Assembly (NCBI RefSeq): GCF_004010195.1
Contig: NC_057755.1
Coordinates: 2,121,803 to 2,185,802 of the forward strand
Reading direction: 5' to 3'
Source: Chiloscyllium plagiosum
Lineage: Eukaryota
Length of the DNA stretch: 64,000 bases
Shown here: in pieces, positions 13,070 through 26,433 of the stretch
Position numbering within the stretch: the stretch's first letter is position 1
Layout of the letters: each line of letters opens with the position of its first letter
Translations under genes and position numbers: made by a program
The notes under the pieces: model-generated
Databases searched by the model: none
Told to the model about the DNA's origin: nothing
What the model saw: the letters and a program-made list of their open reading frames with translations, nothing else

Positions 13070-15667
13070 ACCATAGAACACGTCAGCACAATACAGACCA
13101 TTCGGCCCTCAGTGTTGTACTGTCCTGTGGAATCAATATGAAGCCTATCTAATCTACACTATTCTATTTTCATTCTCATATGTATCCAATGACAATTTAA
13201 ATGCCCTTAAAGTTGGCGAGTTGACTACTGTTGCAGGCAGGGCATTCCACACCCTTACTACTGAGTAAAGAAACTACCTCTGAACTTTGTACTATACCTA
13301 TCACCCCTCAATTTAAAGCTATGTCCCCTTATGCAAGCCATCACCATCTGAGGAAAAAGGCTTTCACTGTTCACCCTATCTAACGCTCTGATCATCCTAT
13401 TTGTCTCTATTAAGTCACCTTTCAACCTTCTTCTCTCTAATGAAAACGACCTCAAGTCCCTCAGCCTTTCCTCATAAGACCTTCCCTCCACACCAGGTAA
13501 CATCCTAGTAAATCTCCTCTGTGTACTTTCCAAGGCTTCTACGTCCTTCCTATAATAGTGACCAGAACTGAATGCAGTACTCCAAGTGCGGCTGCACCAG
13601 AGTTTTGTACAGCTGCAACATGACCTCATGGCTCAGAAACTCGATCCCTCTATCAATAAAAGCTAATACACCATATGCCTTCTTCACAACCCTATCAACA
13701 TGGGTGGCAGATTTCAGGGATCTATGTCTATGAATACTGAAATCTCTGTGTATCCAAACTACCAAGAATCTTACCATTAACCCAATACTCTGCATTCGTG
13801 TTGCTTCTTGCAAAGTGAATCACCTAACACTTTTTCCTCATTAAACTCTATTTGCCACCTCAGCCCAACTCTGCAGGTTATCTTTGTCTCTCTGTAATTA
13901 CAACATCTTTCAGCATTATCCACATCTCCAGAGATTTTAGTGTCATCCGCAAATTCACTAGCCCATCCATCTACGCCCTCATTCAGGTCATTTACAAAAA
14001 AGACAAACAACCGAGGCCCCAAAATGGATCCTTGCCGTACCCAATTAGTAACGGAACTCCAAGATGAACATTGCCCATCAACCACCACGCTCTGTCTTCT
14101 TTCAGCTGGCCAATTTCTGATCTAAACCGATAAATCAACCGAAATCCCATGCCTCCATATTTTCTGCAATAGCCTCCCATGGGGAAACTTATCAAATGTT
14201 TTACTGAAATCCATATACACCACATCAACCACTTTCTGCTCATTGACCTGTTTGGCCACCTCCTCAAAGAATTTAATAAGGTTTGTGAGGCACAACCTAC
14301 CTTTCACAAAACTGTTTTAGTTATCCCTAATCAAATTATTCCTGTCTAGATGATTATACATCCGAACTCTACAATCTCTTCCCACAAGCAAAGTAAGGCT
14401 CACTGGTCTATAATTACCAGGAGTGTGTCCACTTCCCTTTTTGACCAAGGGGACAACATTTGCTATCCTCCAGTCTTCTGGAAAAAATCCTGTCAACAAT
14501 AATCACATAAAGATCAAAGCCAAAGGCTCTGCAATCTCCTACCTGGCTTCCCAGAGAACCCTCGGATGAATCCCACCCGGACCAGGGATGGGATCTATTT
14601 TCATACTTTCTAAAATTGCTAACACCTCATCCTTGTCAACCTCCATCCTGTCTAGTCTAGTAGCCTGCATTCCCCTCGACAACATTGTGTTTTTCCAGGG
14701 TGAATACTGATGAAAAAATATTCATTTTGCGCCTCAACTAATTTTTCAGATCCACATACAACTTCCCACTATTGTCCTTGATTGGCCCTAAACTTACTCT
14801 AGTCATTCTTTTATTCCTGATAGACCAATAAAAAAGCTTTAGAGTTTTCTTTGATCCTAGCTGCTAATGACTTCTCACGTCCCCTCCTGGTTCTTCTTAA
14901 CACTTTCTTTCAGTCTTTCCTGGCGAACTCCTAACTCTCAAGCGGCCTAACTGAGCCTTCATGTCTCATCCTTAAATACGCCTCCTTCTTCCTGTTGACA
15001 AGAGATTCAACTTCTTTAGCAAACCACGGCTCCTTCGCTCTACTACTTCCTCCCTGCCTGACAGGTACATACTTATCAAGGCAATGCAGTAAATGTTCCT
15101 TGAATAAGCTCCACTTTTTCGTTGTGCCCATCCCCTGCAGCGTACCTTCCCTATTCTATGCATCCTACATCTTGCCTAATCGCATCATAATTGCCTTTCC
15201 CCCATTTATAACTCTTGCCCTGCGGTATATAATTATCCCCTTTCATCGCTAAAGTAAACATAACTGAATTGTCGTCACTATCACCAAAGTGCTCACCTAC
15301 CTCCAAACATAACACCAAGACGGGTTCATTAACCAGTACCAAACCCAATGTGACCTTGCCCCTTGTTGGCCCGTCCGCATTCTGTGTCAGGAATCCTCCT
15401 GCACATATTGGACAAAAACTAACTCATCTGAAGTACTCGAATGATAGCATTTCCAGTCAATATTTGGAAAGTTAATGACACCATAACAATCACCATGTTG
15501 CTCTCACTCCTATCCAGAATCATCTTTGCTATTCTTTGCTCTACATCTCTGGAACTAATCAGAGGCTTATAGAAAACTCCCAACAGAGCGACCTTTCTTT
15601 TCCTGTTTCTAATCTCAGGCCATACTACCACAGTAATCCAGTCCACATCAAACGTTCCTTCTGCCAC
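13070..15667 (-). mobile_element. CR1 LINE, decayed ORF2 (APE to RT) with 3' tail
   Basis: LGVFYKP, EHFGDSDDN, PEDWRIANVVPL.KKG..GNYRPVSLT, YMDFSKTFDK, QGSILGP, FADDTKI, LEYCIQFWS. Tail CATAGAAC at about 13072. Confidence 0.92.
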
Positions 15668-18629
15668 TCCGGTCTTTCCTATGGTTAGTATCGTACTGCA
15701 GGAGCTACATTGATGGGTTCACTACGAGAGCAGCCCCACTGTCAGAGTTACTGAAAAGATCCCGCCGGGAATTGGACATCCCAACGTACAAAGTTAAGTA
15801 CTAATTTAACACACGTCCTCGCAACAGCACCTGCCTTACTAGTACCAGTATCCGCCTTAACATACGCCCTAGAAGTTGCAGCCATAGTTCAGAAAACAGT
15901 TGCCATTCTACAACAGAAGCTGCACGGTAGGCAATGCCCAGTGGCTTACACCTCCAGGTTCCTACAGCCTATGGAACAAGGGTTCTCCATGTGTGAACAA
16001 CACCTGATCACAGTCTTTGGGCGTACTATACAGACTGAGCACAGCCCAATCCAGCTCCACCAGGACGATCCAATCAAAGACAGCTCGGTGAGCTGGATTC
16101 GAGCCGCACGATGGATTCCACTGCTTCATGGTCAGGACATCACAGACAGATGTACTAAGGTGACCACGTTCCTCACTGATAATCTTAATGATGGAGGAGA
16201 CCCACATGACTGCCAAATCATAGCCAGTAAACACCCCTTCTGCTCTTTTATTCATAAGGACCGGGAGAAACAAGTGGGGATATGACAGAAGGATGACCAG
16301 ACAGATACAGCCACTAGAATTTATGTCGATGGATCCTCCACTGTAGAGAATGGCAGTCAGATCACCGGCTGTGAATATACAGAACTGACACACAAGGACA
16401 GCCCCTATTCAAACTAGCATTGGAATTTCACATCCATCTGACTGTCCGAGTGGCAGACTGGCAGCTGTGCCCTGGACCCACAGATATATATTCGACACCA
16501 TCTATGTGTGTAACAGCCTCACTGAATTCCGCCCACTCTGGGACGCTCGAGGGAAACCACTCCCATCAACACCCTTATTGAAATATCTGCTGCCGGCCAA
16601 GCTGGAAGGAAATCCGGCACAATTAAGGCTAGAAGGCAACATGCAACGTCCCCAGAAGGCAACTGCAGAGCTGGTGAGTTGAGCAAAACAGTTGCTCGTG
16701 TCGGGGAATTCCGGGAGCTTGTTTTCAGCGAACAGACCAATGCAATCATTATCAGTCACACAAACACAGAGGACCTTAGGCAGACACAAAACCGTGATGC
16801 TTCGTTAAAGCAGATTGTGGCAGAGATTTATCCAGATTCCAACTCTCGCTGGAAAGTTTCCCTACAAATACTAAAAGCACGAATTTATATAGTCCTGGCT
16901 CAGGATAGGGACCGGATTATGTATCAATTTCATGATGGGCATAGGCACCAGGGAATAAAGGCCATTACCGAACGCTCGAAAGGACAGTGTTGGTGTCCGG
17001 AACTACACAAAGATATAGTGCACCACATAGAGAACTGTCTGATGTGGGCCCGGAACAATCCAGATGGTGCTGCAGAATAATAAAGCCCAGTATACAGTAC
17101 TGCTGTTTGTATTCATAATGGTACACAATACCATCTCCCGATCTACAGGGTATATCCCCCTCACTCTCTGACAGGCCGACCCAGGAGAGGAGTTGTCCAC
17201 CTGTTCAGCTTCGCCCTCAGGGTACCTGCACTCGCTGAGGGTGAAGTGGTGCAACCGCTCCCTGGGAATATCACAGCCACTCAGTAAGCGGAAGCTTCAG
17301 GCTCGGGACGAGAAAGAAAGGAATTAAGGTTTACATCAATAACACAGTTAACCATGTCGAATAACACATAGGATAACAAGCATTGCTACCCATCTATAAC
17401 TCCAGCTCTTGTCTTTCCCCTCAATATTCGGGTCCACACTCCTTGTGGGATAAGGTGAGACTGTCGGTCTACAAGGTTCTACTGGCCCTGGGAGAAAAAG
17501 GCTGGTAACAGCTAATCTACACACCACAGCCACTATCACCACCATATGTATGGTGGATGATACTGTTAGAGAACAAGTTCCAGGACCAAGGACACTCCAT
17601 GATGCCTCATCAGACCCCACCCCTGACGAATATGATACACTTTCATCACTGTCACTATTAGAGTCTTCCCCGACCACTTTAAGCGACCCAACAGGAGACT
17701 ACCTGACAGACTGAGCTCACTCACTACTCACTGACCACATGGACCTGACACATATCCCCGAGAACCCACTGACAGATAGGCAAAGCAATATGTAACACAA
17801 CAAGATTTATGAACTAATCAAACGAGCTCAGTCTACCAGACAGTCATTCTGGATTGAATGACCAGACACAAATATGGGAACCTGGAGGATTCAACATTGA
17901 CACGCCCCTGAATTCTGAACACACGGACTCTGTTGGCTGCCTACTTAACATTCAGTCACTAATCCAGGAGATGTAACGGATCCTGGCAGCCACCAAAGAG
18001 AGAGTCCTACTGTATCTGATCGTCCAAGCTCACACGTACCTCACCTGTCTCCCAACTCGGCTTCCTGTGGACACTGACGGCATTAACCAGGTTTCTGTTC
18101 TTTGGTGTCCCTCATTTCTTTCATTTATATGTAAATCACTGGTCTATTAACACCGTTCACACCGTGAATTAACGTTAACTTGTTGATCGTACTTGTCTTC
18201 ATGCCCTCAGAAGGCCGTCCTCATCGTCACTTGTCTTTGAAAGCAATGGTCCTCAAGACCATCTCGTTTCAGTCATCCCGAACCACATCATGGTTGGGTC
18301 ATTGAAACAGTCCTTAACCGGACCACTGGAAACCAGAGTTAGAGCTGACCTGGCCCTGAAAACCCAGCTGAACATTCCACCTGGGGTTCACATTATAAGT
18401 TTTCGGGTTGTTTTTGTTCTGTAAAAACAAAATCGGGGGAGAGGGTTGTCTGCATACGATAGAATACTGTGTCAAAACTATTCAGCTACTAAACAAGATT
18501 AATACAGAATCAACCTTAATCTCTCCCTGGGAAAGCCATAACTGCACGAAACACAATCATGATATACCTCATTGGGATCATTATCATTTTTGGGAACCAG
18601 GCGCAGGAGACATCACACAAACCTGGGAA

Positions 18630-18872
18630 CATGTCCCCAGGATATTTATGTTTTTTTCCACTGGATGTCCCCAAGTTATTTATGGTTTGGTTCACTGGAT
18701 GTCCCCAGGTTATTTATGGTTTAGCTCACTGTATGTCCTCAGGATATTTATGGTTTGGCTCACTGGATGTCCCCAGGTTATGTATGGTTTGGCTTACTCG
18801 ATGTCCCCAGGTTATTTATGGTTTAGTTCACTGTCTGTCCTCAGGATATTTATGGTTTGGCCCACTGGATAC
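18630..18872. repeat. 34-bp minisatellite (CACTGGATGTCCCCAGGTTATTTATGGTTTGGTT), about 7 copies
   Basis: Direct tandem copies with a 3-unit higher-order pattern. Confidence 0.92.
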
Positions 18873-20407
18873 CAGCGAATGTGATTATCGTGCATCATGG
18901 GTACACTCCAATAGGAGTATAATGTTTGGAACCACCAATCAGCGGGTAGCATATAAAAACACAAATGGAAACTCGGATTATTGTTACCGTAGCGTAGAAA
19001 TAATGGGTGATTGATGGGGATTGTTGTAATTGTGGGTATGTTCCCCGAGCTGGGAAGTTGGTTTGCAGAAGTTTTGTCCCCTGTCTCGGTAACATCTTCA
19101 GTGTTTTGGAGCCGACTGTGAAGCGCTGATGTACTACAACAAACTACTAGAGCGGGTAACTGAACTCAGCAGGAATGGTACCCAATAAATTCCAGAAGAC
19201 ACATTACAGCAACGCTTCACATAACCCTGAGGATGTCATCGGAATATGGGACAAGACGTCTGCAAACCAACCTCCCAGCTCGGCCACCAGACCCAGAACC
19301 ACAATAACCAGCACCCGAGCTACAAACCTTCATGCAAACCTTGAATTGATGGGGATTGTCAAACCTGGGTGCCCTGAGATAGTATGCTGAGAAAACGGCT
19401 CAGAAAAGGGATTGGAGCTCGGGCAGAAATGCCCCAGGTATCTCATCGAAGGACGGTTTGTTCTGTACAAAATTCGAACCAGCCTGAAACCAGCTACAGA
19501 GATGCCCCAACTGGTGCACCCTGCAGCTGCCCTGGTCCTAGTTTTACAAACAAGTGGATAAGACTTACATGGTACCAAAACATCCACCTGTAGTGGGAAA
19601 CACAGAAGGAACACAACTGCTCCCCCCAACTCAGAGTCGACACCTCCACTTGACCCGTCGGTTATTGGGACAAGAGATAGGGACAGAGAATAAGCAACAA
19701 CCAGACAGAAAAAAAACGGTATCAAAGTCTTGGGGTGGGCTGGGGGCGCGGTCAGGCGAATCAACAATTAATGCCCTTGATTTGGCCGAACAAGAAAATA
19801 AACTCCGAACCCTGGCCCGACAAGTAAAACAGACTTTTGATACAATTCATGAGAATAGTTGGTAGGATAGTCTTGGGGTGGGCTGGGGGCGCGGTCAGGC
19901 GAATCAACAATTAATGCCCTTGATTTGGCCGAACAAGAAAATAACCTCCGAACCCTGGCCCATCAAGTAAAACAGACTTTTGATACAATTCATGAGAATA
20001 GTTGGTAGGATGCTGAGGGGCTGCCAGTGGGAAATAAAGCTGGTAGCCTTAGGACAGCTGTGAGAGAAGGACATGCCACAACAATCAACCAAGTAATAAA
20101 AGGGAAATGATAAGATACCACCAGACCACAAAACCGTACCCTGTGCAGTTGAGGGAAAATCTTGATCAGCTTAGACAGGTGCAGATTCCCTCCAGGATCA
20201 ACCACGAACAAAGGCATTATTCACGAGGACCTATGGGAACGACATGACGATACCCTACCGTTCGTAGTAGAGAGGGATTGGAGGCTCAACGGCTCCACTT
20301 AGGATGTAAGTCACCAAACCAACACTGTGGTAACATGCCCGTTGGCATGGCTTCTAGGCACCAATTTGCAGCATTTAAAGAAACAACCCAAATGACCAGA
20401 CTGCCAA

Positions 20408-20541
20408 TATTCCTGATGAAGGGATTGTGCCGAAAATGTCCACTTGCGTGCTCCTCAGATGCCGCCTTACCTGCTATGTTTTTCCCGCACCACACTTCTT
20501 GACTCTGCCTCTCCAACGTCTGCAGTCCTCATTTTCTCCCC
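20408..20541 (+). mobile_element. Penelope-derived short element beginning at a degenerate hammerhead core
   Basis: CTGATGAAGGGATTGTGCCGAAAATGTC at 20413. Ends CTGCAGTCCTCATTTTCTCC. TSD GACTGCCAA at 20399-20407 and 20542-20550. Confidence 0.75.
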
Positions 20542-21560
20542 GACTGCCAACTGTGACGACTGATCAAGGATTGGTTCAATGATGACTGGAAAGGGACTCC
20601 TGGGAAAAATTAAGGTTGGCATTAGGACTCCAAATAATCACGCACGACAGAATTGGATGAAGGATGTTCGAAGTCGAGATTTTAGGCACTATTCACGAGG
20701 ACCTAGGGATAGGATATGACAACACCCTACCGTGCACAGTAGAGAAGGATGGGAAGCTCACAGGCACCTCTTTGGATGCAAATCACCAACCCAACACTGT
20801 GGAAATAGGCGCATAACCAATTTACTGAAATGAATGTGCATCGTGTGGCTTCAGGACAAATACCAACCTGAATTGCACCGGAGAAGCTTGTAATCTGGAC
20901 ACCGATATAACCCGGATAGCCTACAGGGGAAAGGCAGTATGGCCTCACAACCTCACTTGGCCCTTACCAGTATGGGACAGCCCAAACTAATGTCACCAGC
21001 TTCATCTTCAGCATTGGGTCCTACATGCCTGCCAGCACGGGCCGAGTCCAGCTCACGAGTAGACATCAAAGGGAGAGGGGGCTATTCAATGTGCGTGAGG
21101 AACTCTGGCAGACTCTGGGTGAATATCTGGAGAAGTACGATACCATCCCCAGCCCCTGCTAGAGGAGTTACACCAACATCGAGTTGGGTTGGAAAAGCCC
21201 GTATAACCTTCCCCAAGGGGGTCAGCAGGTCCACAGAGCCAAACAGTGAATAACGGAGATTAAAGTAACGGCTTGGTGGGAAGCTTTCTAGCACTGGGGC
21301 TCAAATACATCCCTGGTCCGCCTTGTGCCGCACCTATCTGCCTAGTTAATTCTGGTTACCCTGGTATACCACATCATTAAATTTACCTGGTGGGAACAAA
21401 CTGTCAAATAAACTGAATGTGCATACCCCAATCCACGTATGGTCTCCCTGAGCTTATTAAAACATTGTGCATATTTGATAATGGCTATTTAATCTGAGTT
21501 GCCATCGTGTGTGAGAAATGTTGGTTCAATGTGCTTTATTATTTTTAATGACTTTTTATT

Positions 21561-24500
21561 AGTCATAGAGTCATAGAGATGTACAGCACGAAAACAGACC
21601 CTTAGGTTCAACTCGTCCATGCCGACCAAATATCCCAACCAAACTTAGTCCCACCTGCCTTCACCCGGACCATATCCCTCTAAACCCTTCCTATTCATAT
21701 ACCCATCCAGATGCCTTTTAAATGTTGCAATTGTACCAGCCTCCACCAACCCCTCTTACATATCATTCCAAAGACGCACCACCCTCTGAGTGAAAAAGTT
21801 GCCCCTTAGATCTCTTTTATAACATTCCCCCCTCACACTAAACCTATACCCTCTAGTTTTCGACTCCCCCACCACAGGGAAAATACTTTGTCTATTTACC
21901 CTATCCATGTCCTTTTTTAACATCCACAAGGCAACCCCTCAACCTCCATGCTCCAGGGAAAACAGTCATAACCTGTTCAGCCTTTCCCTATAGCTCAAAT
22001 CCTCCAATCCTGGCAACATTCTTGTAAATCTTCTCTGAACCCTTTCGAGTTCCACAACATCTTTCCGGTAGGAAGGAGACCAGAATTGCACGCAATATTC
22101 CAACAATGGCCTAACCAATTTCCTGCCCAGCTACAACATGACCTCCCAAGTCCTGTTCTCAATACTCTGACCAATAAAGGAAAATATACCAAACGTCTTC
22201 TTCATTATCTCATCTACCTAAGACTCCACTTTCACGGAGCTATGAACGTGCACTGCAAGTTCTCTTTGTTCAGCAACACTACCTAGGACCTTACCATTAA
22301 GTGCATAAGTCCTGCTAAGATGTGCTTTCCCAAAACACAGCACCTTCACATTTATCTAAGTTAAACTCCATCTGCCACTCCTCAGCCCATTTTCCCATTT
22401 GTTAAAGGTCCTGTTGTATTCTGAGTTAACCTTCTTTGCTGTCCACTACATCTCCCATTTTGCTGTCAGCAGTGAACGTACTAACTATACCTCTTATACT
22501 CACATCAAATCATTTATATAAACGACGATAAGTGGACCAAGCACCGACCCTTGTGGCACTCCGGTTGTCACAGGCCTCCAGTCTGAAAGACAACCTTCCA
22601 CCACCACTCTCTGTCTTATATCTTTGAGCCAGTCCTGTATCCAAATGGCGAGTTCTCTCTGTATTCCATGAGATCTAACCTTGCTCACCATTCTCCCAAG
22701 GGGAACCTTGTCAAATGTCTTACTGAAATCCATATAGATCACATCTACCGCTCTGCCCTCATCAATCCTCTGTGTTTCTTCTTCAAAAAACCCAATCAAG
22801 TTTGTGAGACATGGTTTCCCACGCATAAAGCCACGTTGCCTATGCTTAATCAATCCTTGCCTTTCCAAATACATGTACATCCTCTCCCTCACGTTTCCCT
22901 CCAGCAAACTGAAACCACTGACGTCAGGCTCACTGGTTTATAACTCCTTGGCTTGTCCTTACCACCTTGCTTAAACAGTGGCACCACATTAGCCAACCTC
23001 CAGTCTTCCGGCACCTCACCTGTGACTATTGATGATACAAGTATCTCAGCAAGAGACCCAGCAATCATTTGTTTAGCTTCCCACGGAGTTATTGGGAACA
23101 CCTGATCAGGTCCTGGATATTTATCCACTTGTATGTATTCCAAGATATCCAGAAATTCCTCCTCTGCAATATGGACATTTTTCAAGATCTCACTATCTAT
23201 TTCCCTACATTGTATATCTTCCATGTCTTTCTCCACAGTAAACACTGATGCAAAATACTCTTTTACTATCTCCCCATCTCCTGCGGCTCCACATAAAGGC
23301 TGCCTTGCTGATATTTGAGGGGCCCTATTTTCTCCCTAGTTAACCTTTTGTCCTTAATGTATTTGTAAAAACCATTTGGATTTTCCTTAATTCTATTAGC
23401 CAAAAATATCTCATGTCCACTTTTAGCCCTCCTGATTTCATCTTAAGTATACTCCTTCTACCTTTATACTCTTCTAAGGATTCAAACGATGCATCCTGTC
23501 TAAACCTGACAAATGCTTCCTTCGTTTTCTTAGCTAAACCTTCAATTTGTTTAGTCATCCAGCATTCCCTATACCTTCAAGCATTCCTTTCACCTTAACA
23601 GGAATATATTTCTCTGGACTCTCGTTGTCTCATTTCTGAAGGCTTCCCATTTTTCCAGCCGTCCCTTTATCTGTGAACATTTGCGTCCACTGTTAGAAAG
23701 TTCTTGTCTGATAGCGTCGAAATTGGCCTTCCTCCAATTTAGAACTTCAACTTTTAGTTCTGGTCTATCCTTTCCCATCAATATTTTTAAACTAATAGAA
23801 TTATGGTCGCTGGCCACACAGTGCTCCCACATTGACACGTCAGTCACCTGCCCTGACCTAGTTCCCAAGAGTAGGTCAAGTTTTGCAACTACTCTAGTTG
23901 GTACACCCAAATACTGAACAAGAAAATTGTCTTGTACACGCTTATTTAAATTCCTCTCGATCGAAACCCAGAACACTATGGCAGTCCCAGTCAATGTTTA
24001 GAAAGTTAAAATCCCCTAACATAACCACACCATTATTCTTACAGATAACTGAGATCTCCTTACAAATTTGTCTCTCATTTTCCCTCTGACTATTATGGGG
24101 TGTATAATGCAATCAAAATTAGGTGATCACCCCTTTCTCATTTCTAAGTTACACCCAAATAACTTCTCTGGATGTATTTCCGGGAATATCCTCCTAAGTA
24201 CAGCTGCAGCGCTATCCCTGATCAAAAACACCACCACCCCGTCCCCTACGCCCCCCACGCCACCCCCGTCCACTCCGGCTTCCCTTTCTTTCTTTCCTGT
24301 AGCATTTGTATACTGGAACATTAAGCTGCCAGCCCTGTTCATCCTTGAGCCATTTCTGTACTTGCTATGATATTCCAGTCCCATGTTCCTAACAACGCCC
24401 TGAGTTTATCTGCCTCCCCTGTTTCGCCTCTTGCATTGAAACAAATGCAGTTTCATTTATCAGGACTACCTTGGTCTTTGCTTCGTCCCTGCTTACCCTG

Positions 24501-25005
24501 TGTGTTTGACTCGCCTTTGTTCTCAACTGTACCAGTCTCAGATCAATATCTTTCTTCACTATCTCCCTGGGTCCCACATCCCCCACCTTACCAGTTTAAA
24601 CACTCCCAAGAATTCTAACAAATCTCCCTGCCAGTATATTAGTCCCCTTCCAATTTAGGTGCAATCCGTCCTTCTTGTACAGGTCACTTCTACCCCAAAA
24701 CAGCTTCCAATGATCCAAAAATGTGTATTGTTCTCCCGTACACCAACTCCTCAGCCATGGATTAATCGCTATCCTCATATTCCTGCCCTCACTAACTTTT
24801 AGCCCCTGGAGTAATCCTGAAGTTACAACTTTTGAACACCTGTTTTTTTAAATTCCTGCCTAAATCTCTGCAATCACACTTCAGAATCTCAACCTTTTCC
24901 CTTTCAATGTCATTGATCCCAATATATGCAATCACATCCGGCTTGTCCGTCTCCCCCTTGAGAACATTCTGCACCCTCTCTGAGACATCCTTGATCATGG
25001 CACGA
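21561..25005 (-). mobile_element. Long CR1 LINE: ORF1 SGNH-esterase remnant, ORF2 (APE-RT) and 3' tail
   Basis: ORF1 IKDVSERVQNVLKGE..PDVIAYIG.NDI and FLDHW.LFWGRSDLYKKDGLHLN. ORF2 LDLLLG, SDHNSI, VPEDWRLANVVPLFK, YMDFSKTFDKVP, GVPQGSVLGP. Tail (AGTCATAG)n at 21561. Confidence 0.93.
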
Positions 25006-25217
25006 GATGTTCCCTCATTAGGAAGCATTTCTACACACAAAGAGTGGTTGATGTTTGGAAATCATTTCCACAATGGCGGTGGATGCTGAGTCAGTTGTTA
25101 ATGTTAAATTTGAGGAAGATTTTTTTTGTTCAGACAGGGTATTAAAGGGAAGTGGGTCAAACGCCACAGATCAGCCATGATTGATGGAACAGGCTCGAGG
25201 TGATGAATGATCGACGC

Positions 25218-25510
25218 CTTTTTTTCATTCATCAACGGGATATGGGTGACACTGGCTTTTATGATTATTTATTGCCCGTCCCTAAATGCCCAAAGGCAGT
25301 TAAGAGTCAACCACAATGCTGTGCATTTGAAGTCACACGCCCGGGCCGATTAGGATTCAGCTTCCATTAATCAATAAAAATGACTCTTAATTCCAGAGTT
25401 TTTGTTAAGTTAAGTTTGAATTGCAATTGGTGAGGTTCATACTCAGGTCCCAGAAAATGGTTTCGGTTTAGAGATTACTAGCCTCGTGATGACACCATCA
25501 CACCCCACCA
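25218..25510 (-). mobile_element. Decayed shark SINE (possibly Deu-domain/SacSINE1-like)
   Basis: Shares TTAAGAGTCAACCACA.TGCTGTG..TGGAGTCACA and GACTCTTAATTCCAGA segments with 59590-59860. Family name is from recall only. Confidence 0.45.
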
Positions 25511-25526
25511 ACTCCCCGCCCCCGTA

Positions 25527-25823
25527 TTGATTTGATTAGATTAAATTACATACAACGTGGAAACAGGCCCTTCAGCCTAACAAGTACACACCAACCCTCC
25601 GAAGAGCAACCCACACCACTTGTATTTACCCTTGACTAATCCACCAAACACCACGGGCAATTCAGCATGGACAATTCACCTAACCGGAGCACCCGGAGGA
25701 AACCCACGCAGACACGGAGAGAATGTGCAAATTCCACACAGACAGTCGCCCGAGGCGGGAATTGAACGCAGGTCACTGGCGCTGTTAGGCATCAGGGCTA
25801 ACCAGTGAGCAACCGTGCTCCCC
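25527..25823 (-). mobile_element. HE1-like tRNA-derived SINE
   Basis: Minus strand starts GGGGAGCACGGTTGCTCACTGGTTAGC (A box), has GTTCAATTCC (B box), core TGTGTGGAATTTGCACATTCTC and a CR1-derived tail (AATCT)n. Confidence 0.85.
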
Positions 25824-26055
25824 CATGTTGCGAAGACTCTATTTTGGTTGCATGGTTATTTGGTTTATGCTTTACTGATACTAACTAATTAACTTTACAA
25901 TTGGTACATTGTCAACTTTGAATTGAACGACTGTCCTTCTAAAAATGAATGAGGAATTATATATTCTTACAGCATTTAGTGCGTGCATCAGTCAGTAAGT
26001 CATCCTGTTTTCTGAGCCTTTTTACTTGTAGGTATTTAATTCTGATTTATACAGC

Positions 26056-26395
26056 CATAGAGTTATACAGACTGGAAACAGACCGTTCCGTCCAATTTGC
26101 AGGCACCAATGAGGTATCCTAAACTGATACAGTCCCAGATACAGCATTTGGTCAATATCCCTCCAAACTCTTCGTATTCATTTACCCAACCAGATCACCA
26201 CTTCCTCTGGCACCTCATTCCATACATGTACCAACCACTGAGCGAAAACGTTGCCTTTTAAGTTCCTTTTAAATCTTTCCCCTCTCATCCTAAACCTATG
26301 CCCTCTAGTTCTGGACTTCCACACCCCAAGGTAAAGACCTTGGCTATTCACCCTCTCGAGGCCCCTCATGAGTTTATAAATCTCGATAAGGATAC
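26056..26395 (-). mobile_element. CR1 3' fragment
   Basis: MRGLERVNS..SRTRGHRF.MRG.RFK..F.Q..V.VWN, with a CATAGAG tail. Confidence 0.8.
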
Positions 26396-26433
26396 CTGCA
26401 AAGATAATTGCAGGGGTAGATCATTGCTGTAAA

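Larger units (their letters stand above)
18559..21400 (+). pseudogene. env-like fusion glycoprotein pseudogene of element A
   Basis: Signal-like MIYLIGIIIIFGNQA and Cys-rich segments. Basic site RQKK at about 19703-19715 is followed by Gly-rich GGLGARSGESTINALD and the heptad LAEQENKLRTLARQVKQTF. Heavily disrupted. Confidence 0.5.
15668..21540 (+). mobile_element. Retrovirus-like LTR element A remnant (3' pol, spacer, env-like region). No LTR or gag seen.
   Basis: RT thumb LRSFL.LVSYCRSYIDGF..RAAPLSELLK, tether VAYTSRFLQPMEQGFSMCEQHL, RNase H IYVDGSS / IYVCNSL / EGNCRAGELSK, integrase H..H..WCPELHKDIVHHIENC. Confidence 0.8.

Noticed and set aside
21510..21520. TGTGAGAAAT matching the ERV C LTR terminus, as a possible LTR of element A
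   Set aside because: Similarity stops after 10 nt and there is no adjacent polypurine tract.
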